Translations under genes and position numbers: made by a program | Shown: positions 51,456 to 63,679 of the stretch, piece by piece | How the letters are laid out: every line of letters starts with the position of its first letter | How positions within the stretch are numbered: position 1 is the stretch's first letter | Origin: Octopus bimaculoides | Lineage: Eukaryota | DNA: 64,000 bases | Reading direction: 5' to 3' | Assembly (NCBI RefSeq): GCF_001194135.2 | Contig: NC_068982.1 | Coordinates: forward strand, 113,932,283 to 113,996,282 | Notes under the pieces: model-generated | Databases searched by the model: none | The model's input: only the letters and a program-made list of their open reading frames with translations | Told to the model about the DNA's origin: nothing

Positions 51456-52442
51456 NNNNNNNNNNNNNNNNNNNNNNNNNNNNNNNNNNNNNNNNNNNNN
51501 NNNNNNNNNNNNNNNNNNNNNNNNNNNNNNNNNNNNNNNNNNNNNNNNNNNNNNNNNNNNNNNNNNNNNNNNNNNNNNNNNNNNNNNNNNNNNNNNNNNN
51601 NNNNNNNNNNNNNNNNNNNNNNNNNNNNNNNNNNNNNNNNNNNNNNNNNNNNNNNNNNNNNNNNNNNNNNNNNNNNNNNNNNNNNNNNNNNNNNNNNNNN
51701 NNNNNNNNNNNNNNNNNNNNNNNNNNNNNNNNNNNNNNNNNNNNNNNNNNNNNNNNNNNNNNNNNNNNNNNNNNNNNNNNNNNNNNNNNNNNNNNNNNNN
51801 NNNNNNNNNNNNNNNNNNNNNNNNNNNNNNNNNNNNNNNNNNNNNNNNNNNNNNNNNNNNNNNNNNNNNNNNNNNNNNNNNNNNNNNNNNNNNNNNNNNN
51901 NNNNNNNNNNNNNNNNNNNNNNNNNNNNNNNNNNNNNNNNNNNNNNNNNNNNNNNNNNNNNNNNNNNNNNNNNNNNNNNNNNNNNNNNNNNNNNNNNNNN
52001 NNNNNNNNNNNNNNNNNNNNNNNNNNNNNNNNNNNNNNNNNNNNNNNNNNNNNNNNNNNNNNNNNNNNNNNNNNNNNNNNNNNNNNNNNNNNNNNNNNNN
52101 NNNNNNNNNNNNNNNNNNNNNNNNNNNNNNNNNNNNNNNNNNNNNNNNNNNNNNNNNNNNNNNNNNNNNNNNNNNNNNNNNNNNNNNNNNNNNNNNNNNN
52201 NNNNNNNNNNNNNNNNNNNNNNNNNNNNNNNNNNNNNNNNNNNNNNNNNNNNNNNNNNNNNNNNNNNNNNNNNNNNNNNNNNNNNNNNNNNNNNNNNNNN
52301 NNNNNNNNNNNNNNNNNNNNNNNNNNNNNNNNNNNNNNNNNNNNNNNNNNNNNNNNNNNNNNNNNNNNACACACACACACACACACACATACAAACACAC
52401 ATGTCTATATATGTATTTATATATATGGATCAAAATAGTTTG

Positions 52443-52503
52443 ATTCAAATTCGTTGGTACCCTTGAGTTTCAAGCATGATGCTATTCATCAGCCATTTTG
52501 AAT
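52443..52503 (-). ncRNA. Type I hammerhead ribozyme, intact catalytic core
   Basis: ATTCAAAATGG-CTGATGA-ATAGCATCATGCTT-GAAA-CTCAAGGG-TA-CCAACGAATTTGAAT. Predicted cleavage after GUA, between 52458 and 52457. Confidence 0.75.
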
Positions 52504-52610
52504 TTGAATGACAGAAGTCTATCGTTATTACTGTAAGGTGGACTGCGATTGGTTGAGGAACGTCATGCTTTGATGTTGGTATATGCGTAAATTTAGTTGG
52601 AAAATACTTG

Positions 52611-52778
52611 ATGCTTGAGTTTGTTCAAATGCTTCATAGCGCAGTCTTTCCTCTTGTCCTTGATAACTTGGGATAAAAATTGTCTCTTTCTCATCTTGTA
52701 TGAGGAATACCGAATGTCGTTATGCACTGCCTGCCTGATAAGAAACTCAGACACTCCCATGTCCCTGGTGATGGACCT
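52611..52778 (-). mobile_element. DD37D/maT transposase fragment (56 aa) fused to a PLE-like tail
   Basis: RSITRDMGVSEFLIRQAVHNDIRYSSYKMRKRQFLSQVIKDKRKDCAMKHLNKLKH is a Tc1/maT HTH-linker pattern; homology stops abruptly at 52611. Confidence 0.8.
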
Positions 52779-55700
52779 GAAAAAAAATATGTATCTTTTA
52801 AATTTGTTTACAGGAAATGTTTTGAATATGTAACTAAAGCTTCTATTCTGTTACGCCGGCCACAGTCCAATGATGCTGACTGGTGAACCAGTCTTTTGGG
52901 GCTGCATTGAGCTGTAGGATAAATATAGTAATAATAAAAATAATCCTTGGATAGAATCACTGTTCATAGTGTTGTTTGCTTTCAGTCAACTGTGAAAGTT
53001 AAGTCTGGGCTTCTTGACATATTTCAACATGTTGCACAATATTGATAAATATAAGGTACATTCAAACACTGCTGTTTGTTTCTTGTTCACCACATTGTTA
53101 TGTCCTGGATGTTCATTATTTGATAGACTGGAGAGATTATTATCTTACTTGAAAACAAGGGAATGTTGGCATCAGGAAGTACATCCAGTTATAGAAAACT
53201 TAGCCCCACATACTTTGGAGCATGGAACAGTAGATATCAAATTATTATGATGATATTATTAAATTTAGTTCATGAACTAGAGATTTTAAGCACAAAGACA
53301 AATCTAACTGAATTGCAGTTAAAAAATATAGCAAGTGATAAATTATTGCAGACATTTACTTCCTGACAATTCACATATAGCATATCTATAGTTGTTACTT
53401 GAACTTTCCTTAACTGAAGTAACGGCATAGATCATCATCATTCTAACATGTGTTTTACTATGCAACATATGTGCATATTTTTTATGCAGCATATGGTTTC
53501 TTTTCTACACAGCAACTCTGCATGGGATTTAATCCTGTACCCTCACATCTGTGTGGTGCACCAGGTTTTATATTTTGTCAGTTATAATTGTATCAGTGTT
53601 ATTTCATCCCATTTATACCTTCATCGGGCCCAACCATATGTTCTGTCCATTATCCCACTCATGGTGCATTTAATTATATATTTAATGCCAAGCCATTTTC
53701 AATGAGACAATAAAAGGGTGTCTATGGTGCCTTTCAGGCAAGTAGAAATAGCTGCTAAATCTCTCGCAAATTAGACCTTATCTTGAAAATAGTCAGTTAT
53801 GGTTTTGTTAATGACTACTGTTAATTAAATTATTGTTTTAACATCCACTTTCATCACTAACATCCATAGCATCATTGTTTTAACATCCACTTTTCCATAC
53901 CTGTATGGGTTAGATGATCCATTGAGATAGATTTTTTTTATGGGTATATTCTGTTCCTGTCATGAAAATATTCTGACTGTTACCAAGGATTATTAAATGT
54001 TAAATATCTGTAGGAAGAGGGAAATAGTTGTTGATGAAATAACAGTACAAAGTAGAAAGGAACCTAATACTGTATAATATGATACACTAAGTCACTGGAT
54101 CATGTATTCCTAGTGGTACTGAGTCTAAAACAATGAGGTGGGATGGTCGTGGTTGGAATACTTTTGTTCATCTCATCTATTTGGTCAGAACTGACTGAAA
54201 GTTACACAACAGCTCCAACGCAGTCATCAATTACAACTACACATCAAACAGATCACACCCAATTCATGTTTTTTTTTTCTTCCCCATCCCATTTGCTGTA
54301 GATATTCTACATTAAATGCCCATGTTACATTATTGTCAGCAATATTAGAAGACATTCTTTCAGTTTCTATCATCTTTTTAGCCATTATACAAGTTCCACT
54401 GGCCGCACTAATAATGTTGCCTTGGTAACAAAAGTTATTTAATATTTTAGTGAATCAACCAAGCAGTTCAGGAACTTTTGATCATAGCTGCAAATTCTTG
54501 TTAATAACTGCAGTCTAACTGTTGCAACTAATGCTTTGCTTCACAACAGATCATGCTGCACCTTTAGTGCACATGTTTCCACTCATTAGACAATACCAGA
54601 TTCCATCCCACTCAAGTCTCTTATTCCATGAACAGCTATTTTCCTGTTCCTAAGATTTCATGAATATTGATAATAGTTATGGTGCTAGAAATAAAGTAAA
54701 AAAAAATATTTATCAAATACAAGTCCTTGTTTGTCAGTCCATTTTATTTCTCTATCATAATGATGTTTAAGTAGTTTGTTATATCCAGTTTATTACAAGA
54801 ATACAAGCAAATAAGACATCATCAACATTTTAATGTTTACTTTTCCATGTTTGGATGGGTTGGACGGAATTTTGTTGAGGCAGATTTTCTACAGTTTGCT
54901 GCCTTCCTGTTGCCAACCTTCATCTATTCCCAACTAAGATAATAGTTCTCCATGACCAGACATGTTTTTTTCACAGAAGACTGGGAATGAAGGACACATC
55001 TTGCATGACAGAGACATTCTATTCCAACTATCATACAATGTCAAAGCAGGGAAACAGTATCACATACACAACAGACTTCTTTCAGTTTCTATCTGCCAAA
55101 TCCACTCACAAGGCTTTGTTCAACCCCGAGCTATAGTAGAAGACACTTTTCCAAAGTGCCAAGCAGTGGGATTGAGCCCCGAATCATGTGGTTCAAAAGT
55201 AAAGTTCTTATCACACAGCCATTAATGTATATTACAACAGTAACATACACTAATGTGATTTATCTCCAGTTCAGTGTTGATCCAGCAGACCTATAATAGA
55301 TAAACACAATCCAACCATGACCATCTTGTCTTATTTTTTCAGGTGTAGTATTTCTAGAATTACCTTTATCCAGAGTGAGCTTTTTTTTTTTTTCTTATCT
55401 TGTGGCGTGATTTGGCTGCTAGTTCTAGCAGGATGAGAAATAACTCAGAGGTTCTGAAAATGTCTTGAAGACATTTGCTGTGAAACTAAAGGTGACATCC
55501 AAATAACATTGCAATTCAGACTGTAGATCTTAAGTTAGCGATAAAAAATATATATGCAAATATTTTTTAACCACATTTCCTTTTGATTACATAAGAGTGT
55601 TACTGTACAAATGCGATTTGTGTGTGTGTGTGTGTGCGTGCGTGCATGTGTGCATGTGTGTGTTATGTGTGTGTGTGTGCACGTGTGTGTGTGCACGTGT

Positions 55701-55829
55701 GTGTATGTTTATGCTGAATAATACTTAGCATGCTTGCCTGATCAACATAAGTTATATGGTTTGATTGCTGTCACAAGTTGTTACATCTTTTCATTTAAAT
55801 TGTATTTTTTACCTGTCAGTATCACTTTA

Positions 55830-56060
55830 TACACACACTCATATGTATACATACACACACATAAATATATATAGACACATGTATACATACACATAAATAT
55901 ATATACTCATATGTATACATACACACACATAAGTCTATATATACACACATGTATATACACACATGTATATACACACACACATAAGTCTATATACACACAT
56001 GTATACACACACACACATAAGTTTATATACACACATGTATACATACACACACATATATTC
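55830..56060. repeat. ~34-36-bp minisatellite built from CA/TA microsatellite (about 6-7 units)
   Basis: Recurring ACATGTATACA..CACACATAAG(T)CTATAT units. Confidence 0.8.
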
Positions 56061-56697
56061 GCACATATGTATTTAATTGTTGTTTGTGTTTTCATGTAAA
56101 ATTCAAAATGCTCAATATATACCTACACTAGAAGTATGTAGACTGTTATATTTTATTAAACAGGAATATTTCCTCATACCTAAAGGTTTAGTGTAGTAGA
56201 CTAACATTTACTGCATGAGAATATAAGCCAGTTTTCAAACACATTGTTGTGTGTTATATCATGTGTATGTAAACACACACTCACTGATATCTCTTCGTTA
56301 TCCTCTTTGCATTCTTTCTAGTAACTCTCACTGAGCCTTATATTATAGGCAGATGGGATGAGGAGTAGGCATGTATTCCTTCTATAGCAAGACACTTATG
56401 CTTGTCTCTCTAACTTCAGTCTCTCAAGAACTGGCAGAAAGCTGCCGCCTTCTCTGTTATAACTTCACTCTGTCATGTGCTTTTATTCTTTGTCTTGCAA
56501 GTTACTTGATAACTTCACTAATACCAGTATCATGGGAGAAAAAGGTACCCAGTTTACTTTTGGCATTAGGAATGGCATCCAGCCATTCAAACCATGTCAA
56601 AGCAGACATTGGCACTCAGTGCAGCCCTCCAGCTTGTTGGATTCTATTAAACTATTAAACCCATGCCACAATGGAAGGCAGATGCTAAAGGATAAGG

Positions 56698-56698
<1 letters not shown>

Positions 56699-56744
<46 letters not shown>

Positions 56745-56760
56745 CGCGCGTGTGTATATA
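56699..56760. repeat. (TG)n-(CG)7 alternating purine-pyrimidine tract
   Basis: Direct observation; CG run at 56737-56750. Confidence 0.95.
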
Positions 56761-57251
56761 TCCATGGTGTCCCTTGTGGTCAGGCCAGTTAGTATATGGA
56801 AGATAATCAATTTTACATAATGTTTTATGGGATCAGAAGCTTAAGATTTTAAACTGAGAAACAGGGAAGAAAATGTATGGTATATACATATTTATTTAAT
56901 TATTTTATTACATATTAGAAAGATTTTGAAATTTCTAATCTTAGGTAATCATGTATAGTACCAGTTCTTTCTTATTAGAAATTATGAGATATAACTTATA
57001 ACCTAAGGTAAATAAATTAAGCTAAAATATTTCACAAAGCAAAACATTTCTCATAGATGGAAAATAATTATAGTCAGGGCAAAGAATGTGTTTTTCTTAC
57101 CTTTATTTTTATGCACACACACACACACACACACACACACGAAGATACATAAACGCATAACCAATTATAGATAGATATACACATGCATATATGTTGTTCA
57201 TACATATGTGCATGTGCACATGTATATCTCTCTCGATATATATATATATAT

Positions 57252-57389
57252 AAACAATTGCAGCATGGAAGGTGTTTATAAGCCATTTAAGAAACACATA
57301 AAAACCGTTAGATTCCGTTGAAGTAAATCTAACGGATTTTGTGTGTTATTTTAAATGGCTTATAAACACCTTCCACGCTGCAATTGTTT
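57252..57389. repeat. 138-bp foldback (63/64-nt arms, 11-nt loop), probable inverted PLE end
   Basis: AAACAATTGCAGCATGGAAGGTGTTTATAAGCCATTTAA..CCGTTAGATT and AATCTAACGG..TTAAATGGCTTATAAACACCTTCCACGCTGCAATTGTTT. Confidence 0.85.
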
Positions 57390-57443
57390 TCGTTCCAGCA
57401 CACGATCTCAGATCAGGTCACTTGCTAAGCAAGTACATCTCCG

Positions 57444-57495
<52 letters not shown>

Positions 57496-59072
57496 CCAAT
57501 TAGGCTTCTGCAGTTTCCATCTTTCCAACCACCTTCACATGGCATTAGTTGTGAAACAGGTGTGTATTCTGGATCCTGCATTAAATAGTTGAATCATGCT
57601 GGGAATTTCAAGAAAACAGTCTCTCTCAATATTGCCAAATGACATTGCTTCCCACCCACAAAATTTCAGGCTCAGTCTCACTGTGAGGAACCCTTGACAT
57701 GTGTCTTTTTCTTTAACTTTGGGCTGAATAAAGCCTTATGAGTGAATTTGGTAGATGGAAATTTGAAAGAAGCCCCTTATATATTATATGTACATAGATA
57801 TGCGTGAGTGCATGTATGTTTGTGACTCCTTGTCTTGGCATCAGGTGGCAGTTGTAAATGAGTCTCACTATCAAACAGTGCCATTCCTTTACAATATTCT
57901 GCAAGAACTTGTCTGACCTTGGGGGAAATATTACTTTGTTTGGAGGTGAGTGTTGGTAACAAACAGGGCATCCAGCAGTAGAAAGGTGAATCAAAAAACT
58001 CCAACAACCCATGCAAGTATGGAAAAGGGGACATTAAAGCAATGATGATGATGATGATGCCGTTATGAATTCACTTATGCATAATGATGCCAATAACCAT
58101 TTGTTAGAACTCAATATACTTATATTCGAAAGTTAAATGTTAGGTAAATACAAGGATAATATCAAATAATGAATGGCAAAAGGAGAGTCATGTAATCACT
58201 TTCATTGGCTTACAGCTGTTTTCCACTATGAGAAGCACTGCACTCAGCACTGAGTATTCATGTGTCATCTTATATCTTCCCTGGAGCCATTTAGACAATG
58301 TGTATATTTATTGAAAAAAGCATTTAAGTATAGAGTTGGTCACAAAAATTACAAGCAGAACCATTTATAATATGAGAGTGGAAAAGCTCAACCAGAGACT
58401 AATACTTATATAAACCAGAATAAACTCACAGATACAATATATACATACTGAGTAATAAGAAGAAACATGCTATATAAATATACGTGTATGTCCTTATATT
58501 GATACACTTACAGGTACAAAGATATGTGTGTAAGTATATACATATACATTTGTGTGTTGATGTACATATGTATACTCACATCTACATAATAAACACACAT
58601 ATTTATGCATACACGTAGATTTACAGCAATGCATATTTATAGATTCAGACATATGAACACAAATATATGAATTAGACAACTGGACATAAGCACAATTAGA
58701 TCAGTTCAGACAAATTTAAGAGTATGGAAACACAGATAAACTGATAGATATATGTAAAAGGCAGACCCTACTACATATATTTGTTATTCCTTGAAATGAA
58801 GTAGGATTTTTGTAGAGGGATGCATTTCTTGTCACCAACACTTACCTATTTTTCAAGTAAGAACATTTTCTTCCAGTGGAATTTTAAAGCACAAAGCTAC
58901 TGGCTGATCTGTTGACAGGAAATGTTAACAAACTTCACCATTTACAATCAAAACACAAATGATATGTCAGAGTTTTTACTTGAGTCACAACCAGTGATGG
59001 CTTCATCTCTAGTAATAACCCAATATAGTTTTGCAAACATTGACACGGATACACATGCAAACACACATGTAC

Positions 59073-59126
<54 letters not shown>

Positions 59127-59415
59127 TATTGATGAGCTTCTTTCAGTTTCCATCTAGTAAATTCTCTGTCAAGGTATTAGTTGGTTCAAAGGTATATAGC
59201 AGAAGACATTTGCCCAAAGTGTACTCAATGAGATGAATCTGAAGTCTTATGGTTAAGAAGGGAGATGTATAGTTTATATATATATACGCATTCTTATACA
59301 TACATAAAAACTAAGTAAACAAGGAAGGAAGGAAGAGACACCATTTACAAAGCTCAAATCTGATGTATTATAAAGTACACCTGCTTGTGTTGGATGAGTG
59401 CCTTACAAAGCATAC

Positions 59416-59483
59416 CTGTACTAACTTTTTGCAGTCCAAAACAAACAAAGCACTTAGAATGATTGCAGGTGACAGAGTTGCTA
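59416..59483 (-). CDS. Possible 68-nt exon (ATLSPAIILSALFVLDCKKLVQ), unidentified
   Basis: Strong acceptor TTTCCCCCCCTCCCCCAG and donor CAG/GTATGC; two frames are open. Confidence 0.3.
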
Positions 59484-60594
59484 CTGGGGGAGGGGGGGAA
59501 ACATAAAACGAACAAAAGAAAAATAAAGCAAAAATGATAACAAAAATATAAAAAGTAAAGAATTACCACCAATAGCTCACAGCAACAATGATTTACAAAT
59601 TGCACACATGTTACAGTTCATCAGAACTTAGAACAGTAGTATAAAATATACTGCATTACAAGGACTTGTACATTTGTCTCGATACATTTGATTAAAAGAA
59701 TTTGGATGAACCTTTGAGAAACTGTCACTGAATCATCTTGTCTTGTCACTCTCACCATCATGAATCTAATGAACTAGTTATCATAGTCCATTGCAAACCT
59801 ACAACCTGTGATGCCATTGTTCAAAAAATGCAATATAGAAATTAAAGAAATCACTACGTGCATGTTTGTGCATGCATGTTACATATAAAGGTTTTCATAT
59901 ATATGCATCACACACACACAAGCATAAGTAGATATATATATATAAACATACACATGTATATGTACAACGGCAAGGATATATGTATTAACTGCAGGCATGG
60001 CTGGGTGGTTAAGAAGCTCACTTCCCAAACATATGGTTTCAGGTTCAGTTCCATTGTGTGGCATCTTGAGTAAGTGTCTTTTGCTACAAGCCTGGGGCAC
60101 CTAAAGCCTTGTCAGTGGATTTGGTATATAGAAGCTAAAAGAAGCCTATTGTGTGTGTGTGTTTGAATGTGTGAGAGACTGTGTGTATGTGTGTGTGTTT
60201 GTCCCTTTGTATAGTTTTAAACAAGCATCACCATCAGACACAAGGCGATGTTTATTTCCAATCTTCTGCGTAAAACATGTTTGGCTGCGGGGAAATATAA
60301 CCTTGTTGGGAAGCAAATGATGACTCAGAACAGAAATGATGTCACTAAGAAAGTTCTTCACAATCATATCTTCAACAAGTTGTTGCAGTTTTATATACCT
60401 TGGAGGATAGGAAACAAACTTAGTATCATACTGTTTCACATTTCATATCACATTCTTAACCATTTGATGAGATTCCAGGAGAAATTAATTGAAATCCAAC
60501 TTTTTGAGATACAGGATTTATTTATATTCAAATATATATACATGTGCATATGTAAATGTGTGCGCGTTTGTAGATATATCTGTAGATATATATG

Positions 60595-61360
60595 TACCCA
60601 TTGTAAACTACAGATGCTCAAGATGTGAAGTGGGATTACAAGCAGGCTGACAGAGAACATAAACTACATATGTGCCAGATGCACAGGGGATGTTAGCAGT
60701 AAGGATGCATGCATAACAAATGCTCAGAAAACTATCCATAAGTCATAAATAGTTTTTGTCTCACTTGGGTGGCCTAATTAGCACTGGTGGTGGGTGTTCT
60801 GAAAACATTGTGTCAGAATAAGAATGAGGAGGAAAATGTTCAAGGAGCTACTTCTTCTGCTGCTAATAAGGGGTTTCTCCCTCAGTTAAGAGCAGACTGC
60901 AGAATGGATGTGTACTGAATGTAATGCTGCATGATAATGAATGTGGAGGATGTGTAAATGTTGGTTAATGTAATCATTAACCAAGCATGTTTCACTGGAT
61001 GTGTAATATCAGTGTTGATGAGTAACAGAGCACAAATGAGCTGAGAGAAGAACTGTTGTATCAGAGGAACTGGCTGTGATGTGTAAGAGAGAAGATTATG
61101 ATGGCACAGACAAGACGTGTTATGTCTATAAAAGTTGTCAGTTGTATAAAGAAGTGCCAAACATTCAAAGTGGATGAAAGCTGTGGAAGAGGCAAAATCA
61201 AGGAAAACATAGGACAGAGTTGTGAAGACTGATCTCAAGAGGCTGGACCTCACAAATGAGATGACAAGAGGGGTCATGACTTGTGATGAAGCACTGTGCA
61301 TGAGAGGACCTACCCAACCTATGCAAGGAAAAAAGGATGCAAACATGGATGGTGATGGAG
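60595..61360 (+). mobile_element. Old, decayed RTE LINE 3' fragment
   Basis: CTHCKL..CARCTG, STGGGCSE and KSRL remnants collinear with 29318-30600, with many stops. Confidence 0.7.
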
Positions 61361-61692
61361 ATTAGCTTGTATAACATTTATATTTCAGTCTCTCCCAATT
61401 AATATATTCATATTAAGTCATCATGTTCTGTTCTCCACTTCTCATTTATCACTCACTCTTCCCCTACCTATATCTCCTCACTGTTACCCTATTTTTCTCC
61501 CATGATGCAATCTATAAACTGAGGGATGTAATTGCATAAAGATCTCAGTATTCATTTACTCTTTACTATTACCCCTACTTTATTACTAACCATCTCTCCT
61601 TCTCTCTGTCCCATTATTTCATCCTCTATCACTCATTATTAAAATCTATGACCTCCACTCTATCCTCTATCATTTATTTTAATATTCATATC

Positions 61693-61854
<162 letters not shown>

Positions 61855-62209
61855 ATCGACTTCCAGTACTTTTTCATCAATCAGTTTGTCTCTCTCCTAC
61901 CACTCCTGCACTTCTCCTTTCCATGCTGCTCTTCCTGTTTCTTTTCAATCCCATTACCAACAAGCGTCAGTGCATTCTGTAAAATGGTTGTAGCATGAAC
62001 AATGGAATAGACTGGAATGGTCTCTTTAGTCATGCCAAGAATATTACATTCTGATTAGTGCACTCAAATACATACTAAAGTCGATGATAAGAAGGGCATG
62101 CCAAAAAAAAAAAGCATGTCTAAGTGTGATTTTGATCTATTTAAGAGGGTAGTAACTCCAAATAAAAAAACTGGCTTGGTTGTAATAAACCAGCTGGGTA
62201 AAGCAGATG

Positions 62210-62540
62210 TGAAATGACGACACCTTGGGCAAGTGTCTTCTCCTATACCCTTGGGTCAACCAAAGCCTTGTAAGTGGATTTGATAGATGGAAACTGAAAG
62301 AAGATATATATGTATATATATCTATATGTATGTGTCTTTGTGTCTGTGTTTGTCCCCCATCACTACTTGATAATTGGTGTTGATGTGTTTATGTCCGAAT
62401 AACTTAGCAGTTCAGCAAAAGTATTCAATAAAATAAGTACCACACTTTAAAAAATAAGTCCTGGGGTCGATTTGTTTGACTAAAACCCTTCCAGGTGACA
62501 GCCTGGTTGCAGTCAAATGATTGAAACAAGTAAAAGACAT
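62210..62540 (+). mobile_element. Family-A SINE (5' truncated)
   Basis: CACCTTGGGCAAGTGTCTTC..AAGCCTTG..GATTTG..AACTGAAAGAAG, central TA/TG tract, tail GCAGTCAAATGATTGAAACAAGTAAAAG. Confidence 0.8.
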
Positions 62541-63679
62541 ATGTATGTATGTATGTCATCAACTAAATAACACACACACACACACACACACATGCATACA
62601 GGAATCTTACTGTAAATTTCTGTCTCAATAAGTCTCCACTCAACCCATGCCACCATGAAAAACAGATGTAAACTAAATGAATGAGTGATGTGCATGTATG
62701 CAATAAGTCTAACCAATATAGATCTGGAAAGACCACAATTCAAGTAAGAACTCAACATACATTACACATAATTATGTAGAGTAAATACTTTGTTTCGATA
62801 GCAAGAGTTACCTATAGAGAGCTCATACATTTCATGGGTCTAGCTGATATGTCAACCAGATACAGCTGCATGCGTGCACGTGTGTGTGTGTGTGTGCATG
62901 TGTGTGTGTGTATGCACACTGGCATGTTTGTGTTAATGTTTATAATTTGCAGTGAATTACACTACAAATAGTAACTTGCATTTGTAGCTGAGTTTCAAAC
63001 TGTTTGTTGCTGGCCTCAGCCACTGCACTGATTGTTGACATTTCCTTTCAACAAAACATTCACTAGTTCAGCACTTTTGAAATTAAATTCAGATAAGAGT
63101 TGGCAACAGGCAGAGCATCCTTCAAAGAATCTTGTCTTAATTACCTCTCCATTTAAACTTTGCTAGCATAGCAAAATAGACAAATGAATGAATGAACAAA
63201 CATACATGTGAGTGTGTGTTTGTAATGTTTGTGCATGTATGTATATTGTATTGTAAATGCCATGAACGTTTCAGACGTTAGGCCTTCAAAATAAGAGAAA
63301 AGAAAGGAAGAATGAGAAAGAGAAAAAAAGTGGGTGAGAAATTAGGAGCTAAATGGGAATGCAGTTATGTAAGGGTTCATTTAACATCTATCTTTTCATG
63401 CTGACATGTGTTGAGGAAATTTGTAGTAGGATGCCCCCCCCCCCCTTTTACCATCCCTAATCTGATTTTAACTGGTGCAGATCTACATGATCTATTGTCT
63501 ACAGGGAATGTAAGTACTTCAGTGTTTTACTCTGATGGTTTAAATGTTCAAGCACACATGAAGGGAGGCAGAGACAGGTGTGTATATGCAAGTATAGAGT
63601 GTATCCATGTTTAGAAATGGACATAAAGGAAGTGGTGTCTGTGTGTGTGTTTGGTGGAGATTATGTCCCAAGAATTACA

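Noticed and set aside
51398-52448. Longest ORFs in the track (328-346 aa)
   Set aside because: They consist of an N gap plus (TA)n/(CA)n and carry no real coding information.
58195-58250. GAAAACAGCTGTA half-hammerhead on minus
   Set aside because: Palindromic helix III-like half only; no CUGANGA upstream.
63260-63295. AGGC-CTAAC-GTCT-GAAACGTT on minus
   Set aside because: Helix II and GAAA are present, but the core reads ATTTTGA (3 mismatches) and there is no helix I.
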